48,192 nucleotides of DNA, from sequence record SRR20825006_720; one strand, given 5' to 3'. Shown here in pieces: positions 28,334 through 36,776 of this stretch. The notes below the pieces were generated by a model. It ran no database searches and was not told the origin of the DNA. It worked only from the letters and a program-made list of their open reading frames with translations. Position 1 is the stretch's first letter. Each line of letters opens with the position of its first letter. The translations under genes were made by a program, and so were the position numbers.

Positions 28334-30088
28334 ATGAACAATTCATCAATCGGGGAACGATTAAAATATCAAAGAAAAATTAAAGGTTACTCGCAAGAAG
28401 AACTAGCAGACAGAACCAATGTAACCGTCCGAACCATCCAACGAATAGAAAAGGAAGAGGTCTCCCCACATCTAAATACCATCAAACTTTTGGCCATTGC
28501 CCTGGATATTGAAGTGGATGAACTTGTTGCTTTGGATGATCCAAAAGAAGAAACCGTAAAAAAGAAATGGTTACTCTTGATGCATGCAACACCTTTGGCC
28601 GGGTTGATCTTACCACTATTAAATGTGTTGATTCCACTTTTTTTGTGGATCCACAAGCGGGAAGATAACCCTGTGTACAATGAACATGGCATCAAGGTCA
28701 TTAATTTTCAAATTACCGTATTGATACTTGCGATTTTGTCTTTTATAAGCTTACTGACTATTGAAAAGTGGGGCTTTTTCATTTTCATTTCAGTGGTACC
28801 GATTTGTATTGGAATAATGCTGTTCAACATCGTTTATGTAGTGCAAAAAAATAAATGTTATTATCCGTTCTCCATTCCATTTATCAGATTGAAGAAAAGC
28901 AGAACATTTGTTTTGATGGCTTTGATAGGTATGACGCTACTGGGCAGTTGTACTGTTCAAAAGCAAGAAACCATTGAACGTTTGGACGGTTCTGTGATAA
29001 CCAAGGACTCTGTAACCGCCAAAATCCACCAATTGATGGATGGTGCCAAAATATATGGTACTGCCATATCAGTTTTTAACGATAACCAACCCGTCTATCA
29101 AAAAGTTTTTGGTTATAAAGATTATCCAAACCGTATTCCATTGACCGATTCCACCAACATTTATGGGGCCTCCTTTAGCAAAGCGGTATTTGGTGTTTTG
29201 GTGATGAAATTGGTGGAGCAGGGTGTTATCGATTTGGATACGCCACTTGAATCTTACTTGCCACAAAAACTATATGAATACGAACCCCAAACAAGTTGGC
29301 ACGATGATTTTTCTAGCTTAAAGGAAGATTCGCTCTACACCAAAATAACCGCTAGAATGTGTCTGGCCCACACCACAGGTTTTAAAAATTACCGATGGTT
29401 CGAAGAGGATTATAAATTACGAACGCATTGGGAACCGGGTACCAAGTTTGGTTATAGTGGTGAAGGCTTCATTTATTTACAAGTAGTACTGGAAAAATTG
29501 ACCGGCAAAGGTCTGGAGCAGTTGGCCCAGGAAAATATATTTGAGCCTCTGGGCATGAAAAATTCCGCCTACGAGTGGAAAACCAGATTTGACAAGGATT
29601 TTGCATTGGGCCACGATGAAAATGCGAAAGCACTTAAAAAGGATAAGGACAATGAACCCCGGGGCGGAGGTACTCTGGAGACGACTGCCGAAGATTACAC
29701 CAAATTTCTTACCGCTGTGTTCAACCAAGAATTGATCAGTAAGGAATCCTACGAAGAAATTTTCACCCCACATATTCGTATCAGAACAGAAAAACAATTT
29801 TATGAGGGTGAAGGCAAAATCACGGATAAATATGACGATATCAACCTAGGCTATGGATTGGGTTGGGGCTATTTTGAAACACCATATGGCAAAGCAGTTT
29901 TTAAGGAAGGTCATGGAAGCGGATTTGTACACCATTCCGTTTTATTTCCAGAAACCGGAAAAGGAATAATGATTATGACCAATTTTGAGAACGGGAACAG
30001 TATCTTCAAGGAATTACTAGAGGTTATTTTGATGGATACTTACACACCCTGGGAGTGGGAAAATTATATTCCGTACGATAAAAAATGA
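28334..30088 (+). CDS. XRE-HTH / DUF4870 membrane domain / beta-lactamase-family serine hydrolase fusion
   Basis: SQEELADRTNVTVRTIQRIE HTH, LWIHKRE and INFQI TM domain, SFSK (SxxK, Ser280), EPGTKFGYSG, YGLGW, HGSG. Confidence 0.88.
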   Translation: MNNSSIGERLKYQRKIKGYSQEELADRTNVTVRTIQRIEKEEVSPHLNTIKLLAIALDIEVDELVALDDPKEETVKKKWLLLMHATPLAGLILPLLNVLIPLFLWIHKREDNPVYNEHGIKVINFQITVLILAILSFISLLTIEKWGFFIFISVVPICIGIMLFNIVYVVQKNKCYYPFSIPFIRLKKSRTFVLMALIGMTLLGSCTVQKQETIERLDGSVITKDSVTAKIHQLMDGAKIYGTAISVFNDNQPVYQKVFGYKDYPNRIPLTDSTNIYGASFSKAVFGVLVMKLVEQGVIDLDTPLESYLPQKLYEYEPQTSWHDDFSSLKEDSLYTKITARMCLAHTTGFKNYRWFEEDYKLRTHWEPGTKFGYSGEGFIYLQVVLEKLTGKGLEQLAQENIFEPLGMKNSAYEWKTRFDKDFALGHDENAKALKKDKDNEPRGGGTLETTAEDYTKFLTAVFNQELISKESYEEIFTPHIRIRTEKQFYEGEGKITDKYDDINLGYGLGWGYFETPYGKAVFKEGHGSGFVHHSVLFPETGKGIMIMTNFENGNSIFKELLEVILMDTYTPWEWENYIPYDKK

Positions 30089-30148
30089 CCCACTTTTATA
30101 ACATTACAAGTATCTTTACTAGAACATAATAGAATTTTTCAGAAGAGT

Positions 30149-31036
30149 ATGGCAAAAAAAAAGTACATCATATCAGTAATACAATTAAACCTGAACAATA
30201 CTCCGGAGAACAATTTGGTCAAATGTACCGAGTGGGTAAAAAAGGCAGCGAGTAAAGGAGCTGAGGTCATTTTGTTGCCCGAGCTGTACAGCAGCCATTA
30301 TTTTTGCCAGAGCGAGGACACGGAGAACTTTGCGTTAGCGGAACCACTTTATGGCACTTCTTTCAAGGCGTTCAGTGCGTTGGCAAAAGAACTCGGTGTG
30401 GTCATAATAGTTCCGTTTTTTGAAAAACGAATGGCCGGAGTGTACCATAACAGTGCCTACATAATCGATACGGATGGAACAGAGGCCGGACTATATCGCA
30501 AAATGCACATTCCGGACGATCCACATTTCTATGAAAAATTCTATTTCACCCCAGGAGATCTCGGGTTCAAGAACATTCCGACCAAAAAAGGAAATATCGG
30601 CACCTTGATCTGTTGGGACCAGTGGTATCCGGAAGCGGCAAGATTAACGGCTTTACAAGGAGCGGAAGTACTCTTCTACCCTACTGCCATTGGTTGGCAT
30701 CCCCAGGAAAAAGAGGAATTTGGTGAAAAGCAGCACGGTGCTTGGATGAATGTAATGAAAGGACATGCCGTTGCAAATGGGGTCTATGTGGCCGCCGCCA
30801 ACCGAATCGGGCTTGAAAAATATCTTCCGGACACTAATGGTATCGAATTTTGGGGATCCTCCTTTATTTGTGGCCCCCAAGGAGAGATCTTGGCGCAAGC
30901 ATCCAATGATCAGGAAGAAATATTAATGGCTGAAGTAGATTTGGATCTTCAGGAAAATGTAAGGCAAAATTGGCCGTTCCTCAGGGACAGGCGTATAGAT
31001 ATGTACGGTTCCATTACCAAACGTGCCATCGACTAA
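30149..31036 (+). CDS. aguB: N-carbamoylputrescine amidase (carbon-nitrogen hydrolase)
   Basis: LPEL, YRKMHIPDDP, ICWDQWYPE triad. Adjacent to agmatine deiminase. Confidence 0.92.
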   Translation: MAKKKYIISVIQLNLNNTPENNLVKCTEWVKKAASKGAEVILLPELYSSHYFCQSEDTENFALAEPLYGTSFKAFSALAKELGVVIIVPFFEKRMAGVYHNSAYIIDTDGTEAGLYRKMHIPDDPHFYEKFYFTPGDLGFKNIPTKKGNIGTLICWDQWYPEAARLTALQGAEVLFYPTAIGWHPQEKEEFGEKQHGAWMNVMKGHAVANGVYVAAANRIGLEKYLPDTNGIEFWGSSFICGPQGEILAQASNDQEEILMAEVDLDLQENVRQNWPFLRDRRIDMYGSITKRAID

Positions 31037-31037
31037 T

Positions 31038-32078
31038 ATGAAGAAGGAAAATTGGGTATTTCCCGCAGAATGGGAAAAGCAAGAGGGCATTTTGCTTTGT
31101 TTCCCACATAATGGTAACGATTGGCCAGGTAAATACGGAGCCATTCAATGGGCCTTTGTGGAATTCATCAAAAAAGTTTCGCAATTTGAAAAGGTGATTC
31201 TTGTGGTGTCATCAAAAAAGCTTCAGGATAAAGTGGATGTTATGTTGTGCACGGCACACGTTAACATGGAGAAAGTTTCCTTTATCGTGCACAAGACCAA
31301 CCGGAGTTGGATGAGGGACTCCGGCCCCATAATCGTCAAAAATGGAAAGAAACGGAAAGCGATCAACTTTAACTTTAATGGTTGGGCAAAATATACCAAT
31401 TATAAGCTGGATAAACACGTGCCCAAAAAGGTCTCGGATTTTCTAAATATTCCTATTGAAAAGGCAGTCTATAAAGGCAAGTCCATTGTTTTGGAAGGCG
31501 GAGCCATCGATGTGAATGGTAAGGGCACATTGATCACTACCGAAGAATGCCTTTTGGACCCTAAGGTTCAGGTTAGAAACAAAGGCTTTACCAAAGAAGA
31601 TTATGAGGCCATTTTTAAGGAGTATTTTGGTGTTACCCATACCATATGGTTGAAAGATGGTATCAAAGGTGATGATACGCACGGACACATTGATGATTTA
31701 GCTCGATTTGTAAATGAAGAAACTATTGTCACCGTGGTTGAAAATGACCCAAAAGCAGCCAATTATGTTCCGCTACAAGAAAATTTAAAGCGTTTGAAGC
31801 AGGCGAAGTTGGAAAATGGAAAATCACCTAGGATTATAAAGCTGCCAATGCCCCATCGCTTGGAATTCGATGGTTTGGAATTACCAGCAAGTTATGCCAA
31901 TTTCTTGATTTTGAACAAAGCTGTTTTGGTGCCAACCTTTAATGATAGTCGTGATCGTGAAGCTTTGAATATCTTGTCAGAGGTATTCAAGGGTAGAGAA
32001 GTAATCCCAATAAATGCCATTGATTTAATATGGGGATTCGGAACTTTACACTGTCTAAGTCAGCAAATACCAGTTTAG
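31038..32078 (+). CDS. aguA: Agmatine deiminase
   Basis: PAEWE, WMRDSGP, EGGAIDVNG, DDTHGHIDD, ASYANF, GTLHCLSQQ. Start taken at the ATG at 31038. Confidence 0.93.
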   Translation: MKKENWVFPAEWEKQEGILLCFPHNGNDWPGKYGAIQWAFVEFIKKVSQFEKVILVVSSKKLQDKVDVMLCTAHVNMEKVSFIVHKTNRSWMRDSGPIIVKNGKKRKAINFNFNGWAKYTNYKLDKHVPKKVSDFLNIPIEKAVYKGKSIVLEGGAIDVNGKGTLITTEECLLDPKVQVRNKGFTKEDYEAIFKEYFGVTHTIWLKDGIKGDDTHGHIDDLARFVNEETIVTVVENDPKAANYVPLQENLKRLKQAKLENGKSPRIIKLPMPHRLEFDGLELPASYANFLILNKAVLVPTFNDSRDREALNILSEVFKGREVIPINAIDLIWGFGTLHCLSQQIPV

Positions 32079-33316
32079 GTACAACCTTTATTCTTTGCCT
32101 CAATCCATTTCGCCATGTACTTAGTGCTCATCATGGTTTGATGTTGCAGCAACTTTCCAATGAAATTTTGTTCACGGTGAGTTTCCAACACGCTGCGTAT
32201 TTGGTTTACACGCTCTTCCAGTAGGTCTTGTAAAAATGCTCTGCTATAAATAGTTTGAAGAAGTTCAAGCCCTTGCTCTTGACCTGTCTCCCACAAATCT
32301 TTGCTTTGATGAAGTTTCACGGAAATTTGGGCGACCGCTTTCCAGTTATTTGTGATTGCGCCGTTCCAGGGAAGGTCTTTGTGCATACCTTCCGCTCCTA
32401 CCGTGGTAGTTACGCTGGGTGTTCCTGTTCGCATGGCATCTATTAGTTTCCCCTTTATGCCGGCTCCAAACTGCAAGGGTGCCAACAGTACTTTTGCGCT
32501 ATTGAGTACGATATCCACATTTTCGGTCCATCCTTTCACATAAAACCCTGATTTAGGATGGTGCATTTGACTTACTTGTTGTGGTAAGTATGCACCATAA
32601 ATGTGAATTTCAGCATCAGGTAATTCTTTTCGTATGCTAGGCCATATCTCTTGCTTTAGAACTTTAATGGCATCGACATTTGGTGCATGCTTGCCGTTAC
32701 CAATGCTTATGAAGCCTTTTCTATCATCAAAAGGGATAAACTTTTCTTTGGATATGGTCGAAACATCAACCATAAAAGGTAAATGCATGAGCAACTCCGA
32801 TGGAATATGAAGTTCTTTTTGTAAAATTTCCATTTCATAAGTGGAAATTATTAAGCTAAGGTCACAACGATAGATACTGGCTGTTTCCCGTAAGGTCATT
32901 GGATGGTTTTTCCAATCATCGGTCACAAAGGGTCTTTGTTTTCTATAAGCTTCTTCCCTAGCCTTTCGTAAGGCATGTAGATCTTCTGTATTCAGGATGC
33001 GTAACGCTTTTGGGGCAAATTCAGCGACTCGCCATCCAAATTGCTCTTCAACCATAAAGCGGTCAAAAATGACAATGTTGGGCAAAAGTTTTTTAATAAA
33101 ATCATCAAAACTGGAATGGTTGAGTTGAATGGTGACTTCGGTGACTCCGATTTTTTCTAAATCCAGACTATACTCAGTTCTGCTTGCCGTGCTCGCAAAG
33201 GTGATGTTGTAACCAAATCTTAAAAATGCTCCCAACAATTGTTGCATACGACAGCCGGCAGCAGTAGTGGTCGGCTCTGGCCATACAGACCCAATGACAA
33301 GGAGTTTTTTTGACAT
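32075..33316 (-). CDS. Glycosyltransferase (GT-B, GT4-like)
   Basis: VWPEP, FDRF, EDLH, LAPLQFGAGIKGK, TPSVTTTVGAEG. Confidence 0.9.
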   Translation of the reverse strand: MSKKLLVIGSVWPEPTTTAAGCRMQQLLGAFLRFGYNITFASTASRTEYSLDLEKIGVTEVTIQLNHSSFDDFIKKLLPNIVIFDRFMVEEQFGWRVAEFAPKALRILNTEDLHALRKAREEAYRKQRPFVTDDWKNHPMTLRETASIYRCDLSLIISTYEMEILQKELHIPSELLMHLPFMVDVSTISKEKFIPFDDRKGFISIGNGKHAPNVDAIKVLKQEIWPSIRKELPDAEIHIYGAYLPQQVSQMHHPKSGFYVKGWTENVDIVLNSAKVLLAPLQFGAGIKGKLIDAMRTGTPSVTTTVGAEGMHKDLPWNGAITNNWKAVAQISVKLHQSKDLWETGQEQGLELLQTIYSRAFLQDLLEERVNQIRSVLETHREQNFIGKLLQHQTMMSTKYMAKWIEAKNKGCT

Positions 33317-33378
33317 ACTAAATTACAGGTACATGGGTAAAGGGTAAAAGTACTAAGTGAGAATCCAATAATCTAGAT

Positions 33379-34890
33379 TTACATTTTGGCCGCAAACATT
33401 TTGGAAATACTCGAACGCAATTTACGTTCATAATCCTCCTCCAGCCACTCTTTGTAGTTTTTTGTGTTGTTCATGATGCAGTAGGAATACTGCTTTACTC
33501 GGTACTGGATTTCATCTTTGAGCTCTTTGGCCAAAATTCGGGCATCGAATACATCCTCACTGTTTTCCACGCATATTTGGGCGTGCTGCTCAATACTTTT
33601 TTCAAGGACCAATTTTGATTTTTTGCCCTGCGCGAAAATCTTTTTATATTCTTCTTTTACATCAAAGGTGATGTTGTTCGAGTTACTGAATTTGGCACGA
33701 AGCTCATCTGGCATCTCATAAACAAAATCACGCTCGATTTCCTCATCATTTTTAATGTTCTCCAAATAAAAGTCAGGAAAAAGAAAAATTTCCTGCCAAT
33801 CCACCGGTGCATCCCAAGGGCCAAAACGTGCAATATTGTTACCCATATCGATTACGTTGAACTCATTCTTGTTCGGAAGAACCCTAGAACCTCTACCGAT
33901 CATTTGGAAATACAGGGTAAGTGACCTTGTGGCCCTGTTCAAAATAATGCTCTCAACCGTAGGTTCATCAAAACCTGTGGTAAGAATACTCACAGATGTC
34001 AGGATAGCATCCGGTGTTTCTGCAAACCACTCGAGGATATCCTTTCGCTCCGTGGCCGTGTTTTTATTGTCCAAGTGCCTAACGTTATAGCCTGCCTTTT
34101 TAAAGGTCTCGTAAACGTATAGGGAAGTGTTGATACCGTTGTTAAAAATCAATGTTTTTGTACCCTTGGCTATTTCTTCGTATGCTGTGAGCAGTTTGCC
34201 GAGCATACTGTGGGCACTGTAGAATTCATCGGAAGATTTTACGGTATAGTCCCCATTGATGCCCAGTTTTAGGGTACGTAGGCTGACATCGTAATTGTAA
34301 AGATTGGCCTTGGCCAAGAAATTTTTATCGATCAACGATTGTATGGACTCCCCAATGATCAAATGCTTGTAATTGTCCTTCATCGGGAGTTTAATGTTGG
34401 AACTCAACGGGGTTGCCGTTACGCCCAAAATGGTGGACTTATCAAAATATTTAAAGAGTTTCCTAAAGGAATTGTAGTGGGCTTCATCGATAATGACCAA
34501 GCCAATATTGTTGATTTTGACTTTTTCTTCCTGTAAACGGTTGTTCAAGGTTTCCACCATGGCAACAAAGCACATATAATCGTCTTGATCATAAAGCTCT
34601 TTAACTTCACTGTTGATGACTTTGTTGGCTACTCCAAATCCCTTGAGCATTTTGGAAGTTTGTTTGCTAAGTTCTATCCGGTGTGTGAGTACCATTACCT
34701 TTTTTCCGGTCTGCTCAATAAACCTGCGGGTGATTTCAGAAAACACCACTGTTTTTCCGCCTCCGGTTGGTAGTTGGTACAAAATGTTGGTACCCTCCGG
34801 AAGCTCGTCCAGTTGGGTGAAAATTTTGTTCAGGTCTTCTTCCTGATAACCGTATAATGTTTTCTTCTTGACTTTTTTGTTTACCTCCAA
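33379..34890 (-). CDS. DEAD/DEAH-box SF2 helicase (RadD-like)
   Basis: LPTGGGKT, IIDEAH, TATP, TGFDEP, QMIGRGSR. TTG start. Confidence 0.93.
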   Translation of the reverse strand: MEVNKKVKKKTLYGYQEEDLNKIFTQLDELPEGTNILYQLPTGGGKTVVFSEITRRFIEQTGKKVMVLTHRIELSKQTSKMLKGFGVANKVINSEVKELYDQDDYMCFVAMVETLNNRLQEEKVKINNIGLVIIDEAHYNSFRKLFKYFDKSTILGVTATPLSSNIKLPMKDNYKHLIIGESIQSLIDKNFLAKANLYNYDVSLRTLKLGINGDYTVKSSDEFYSAHSMLGKLLTAYEEIAKGTKTLIFNNGINTSLYVYETFKKAGYNVRHLDNKNTATERKDILEWFAETPDAILTSVSILTTGFDEPTVESIILNRATRSLTLYFQMIGRGSRVLPNKNEFNVIDMGNNIARFGPWDAPVDWQEIFLFPDFYLENIKNDEEIERDFVYEMPDELRAKFSNSNNITFDVKEEYKKIFAQGKKSKLVLEKSIEQHAQICVENSEDVFDARILAKELKDEIQYRVKQYSYCIMNNTKNYKEWLEEDYERKLRSSISKMFAAKM

Positions 34891-34927
34891 AGGGAATGCG
34901 TTATGGATTGTTAAATAAAAAACCCTA

Positions 34928-34935
34928 CAAAATTA
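34928..34935 (-). promoter_or_regulatory. -7 promoter TAATTTTG of the helicase gene, inside an inverted repeat
   Basis: TAnnTTTG match flanked by AAAAAACCC / GGGTTTTTT. Confidence 0.55.
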
Positions 34936-35130
34936 GGGGTTTTTTGCGCTTGAGACCAATCCTTCTTGGCTTTTCTATCAAAATTGTATTAACAATTAAA
35001 ATATCACTCCTTTTTTTGTGAATAGCTTATCTGCTCATAACATTTTGATAACAATAACATTTAGGACTTGGAAAAATGCATATTATAATGTATAATGATA
35101 GTTTATAACACTAGTAAACCAGATACAAGA

Positions 35131-35994
35131 ATGAGGCAGCTAAAAATCATCAAACAGGTCACGAACCGTGAATCCAAATCACTTGACAAATACTTGCAGG
35201 ATATCAGTAAAATCGATTTGATCACCGCGCAGGAAGAAGTTGAGCTAGCACAGAAGATCAGGGCCGGAGACCAAGCTGCTTTGGAAAAATTGACCAATGC
35301 AAACCTAAGGTTTGTGGTATCCGTTGCAAAACAGTACCAGAACCAAGGGTTGAAGCTCCCAGATTTGATCAATGAAGGAAATGTTGGATTGGTAAAAGCA
35401 GCCAAGCGTTTTGATGAAACCCGTGGGTTTAAATTTATTTCTTATGCTGTTTGGTGGATTCGCCAATCCATTCTGCAAGCTTTGGCGGAGCAGTCCCGTG
35501 TGGTACGTTTGCCATTGAACAAAATTGGGTCAATAAATAAAATAAAAAAGACATTTTCCTATCTAGAGCAAGCCCATGAGCGTCCGCCGTCCCCAGAGGA
35601 GATTGCCAAAGAATTGGACATGACGGTTTCCGAGGTGAAGCAATCATTGAAAAATACAGGTAGACACGTATCTATGGATGCGCCATTAAAGGAAGGTGAA
35701 ACTTCCAATCTATACGATGTTCTTAATGCCGGGGACTCTCCAAAACCTGACAAAGGGCTGATGCATCAGTCTCTGAACACAGAAATAAACAGGGCTTTGG
35801 ATACATTATCGCCAAGAGAAGCCGATGTGGTACGCCTGTATTACGGTATAGGTGACCAACCATCCATGACCTTGGAGGAAATTGGAAGCACTTTCGATTT
35901 GACCAGGGAACGTGTACGTCAGATTCGGGAGAAGGCAATCAGAAAATTAAGACATACATCAAAAAGTAAAATTTTGAAGTCCTATCTTGGATAA
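35131..35994 (+). CDS. rpoD: RNA polymerase sigma-70 factor, RpoD/SigA family (close to the Bacteroidota primary sigma, possibly a second copy)
   Basis: [51 protein letters not shown]. Start at the ATG at 35131. Confidence 0.93.
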   Translation: MRQLKIIKQVTNRESKSLDKYLQDISKIDLITAQEEVELAQKIRAGDQAALEKLTNANLRFVVSVAKQYQNQGLKLPDLINEGNVGLVKAAKRFDETRGFKFISYAVWWIRQSILQALAEQSRVVRLPLNKIGSINKIKKTFSYLEQAHERPPSPEEIAKELDMTVSEVKQSLKNTGRHVSMDAPLKEGETSNLYDVLNAGDSPKPDKGLMHQSLNTEINRALDTLSPREADVVRLYYGIGDQPSMTLEEIGSTFDLTRERVRQIREKAIRKLRHTSKSKILKSYLG

Positions 35995-36014
35995 GTCAAG
36001 ACAGTCAATAAATA

Positions 36015-36049
36015 GAAAAGGGGACGTTTTTTTACAACATCCCCTTTTC
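36015..36049. terminator. Bidirectional terminator between the sigma gene and the micropeptide genes
   Basis: GAAAAGGGGA...TCCCCTTTTC arms. Confidence 0.8.
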
Positions 36050-36068
36050 CATGATATACACTTAAACA

Positions 36069-36170
36069 TCATTGCTTGCTCAAAAGACTAATATCAAAGT
36101 CGGTGAGCATGTCTTTCAAATCTTGAATAAAATTCAAGTAAGCGGCGTTTTCTTTGTTAGGGTTTTTCAT
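36069..36170 (-). CDS. Unannotated micropeptide B (33 aa) MKNPNKENAAYLNFIQDLKDMLTDFDISLLSKQ
   Basis: Hand-translated. Paralogous to 36198..36296, TTACC-ATG start context, ends 20 nt before the terminator. Confidence 0.7.
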   Translation of the reverse strand: MKNPNKENAAYLNFIQDLKDMLTDFDISLLSKQ

Positions 36171-36197
36171 GGTAACAAGTTTTGGGTTGTTGGCTAA

Positions 36198-36296
36198 CTA
36201 TAGGTAATCAAGTTCGGCAAGTTCGTTTACCGTCAAAATTTCGTTTAGTTCTTGTAAAAAGGCTAAGTACTCTTCTCCGTAGGTATCGTATAACAT
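36198..36296 (-). CDS. Unannotated micropeptide A (32 aa) MLYDTYGEEYLAFLQELNEILTVNELAELDYL
   Basis: Hand-translated. Shares YLxF[LI]Q[ED]Lx[ED][IM]LT with peptide B and has the same TTACC-ATG context. Confidence 0.7.
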   Translation of the reverse strand: MLYDTYGEEYLAFLQELNEILTVNELAELDYL

Positions 36297-36410
36297 GGTA
36301 ATCTTTGGTTTTGGTTCGGGGGTTTTTTAGGTATAACGCAGTTTCACACATAACATTATGTTACTTTCACAAATTGTGGTGAACATATCAAATTATGGAG
36401 TGAAATATTT

Positions 36411-36764
36411 TTATTTCATATTTAAAATGTCGAGTTCAACTTCAAAATCAAGTTCGTTGTCTATTTTGCTCGGCCTAATATTGAACTCGTCATAAATAAA
36501 ACAAAGGTTCATGGGCAATCTTCGTCGTTCCGCATCGGACAACACGCCCAATTTTGACTGCAGTTCGTTTTTAACGGCAAAAGCCTTGTTACTGATTTTC
36601 GGATTGTGATGGGATTCCAATTCAGAAAGGAAGGGAATCTCTTTCCTATCCCCTACCTTCAACATTTCATCCAATAACATTAATTGGCACTCCAAGTCTT
36701 CCGTATGCTGGAACAACGGATAAAATATGCTTTGGAGGTATTCGGGCAGTTGGTTGTTTTCCAT
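36411..36764 (-). CDS. Hypothetical protein with a HEAT-like helical pair (117 aa)
   Basis: LLDEMLKVGDRKEIPFLSELESHHNPKISNKA resembles a PBS/HEAT repeat. Starts 12 nt after the upstream gene. Confidence 0.7.
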   Translation of the reverse strand: MENNQLPEYLQSIFYPLFQHTEDLECQLMLLDEMLKVGDRKEIPFLSELESHHNPKISNKAFAVKNELQSKLGVLSDAERRRLPMNLCFIYDEFNIRPSKIDNELDFEVELDILNMK

Positions 36765-36776
36765 CTTGACTGTGTA

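Noticed and set aside
33379-34890. Helicase as a possible anti-phage defence gene
   Set aside because: No nuclease, methylase or other defence partner nearby, and the context is housekeeping.
35068-35096. E. coli-like promoter TTGGAA-N17-TATAAT upstream of the sigma gene
   Set aside because: Bacteroidota primary sigma reads -33/-7 elements, and such matches are common by chance in AT-rich DNA.
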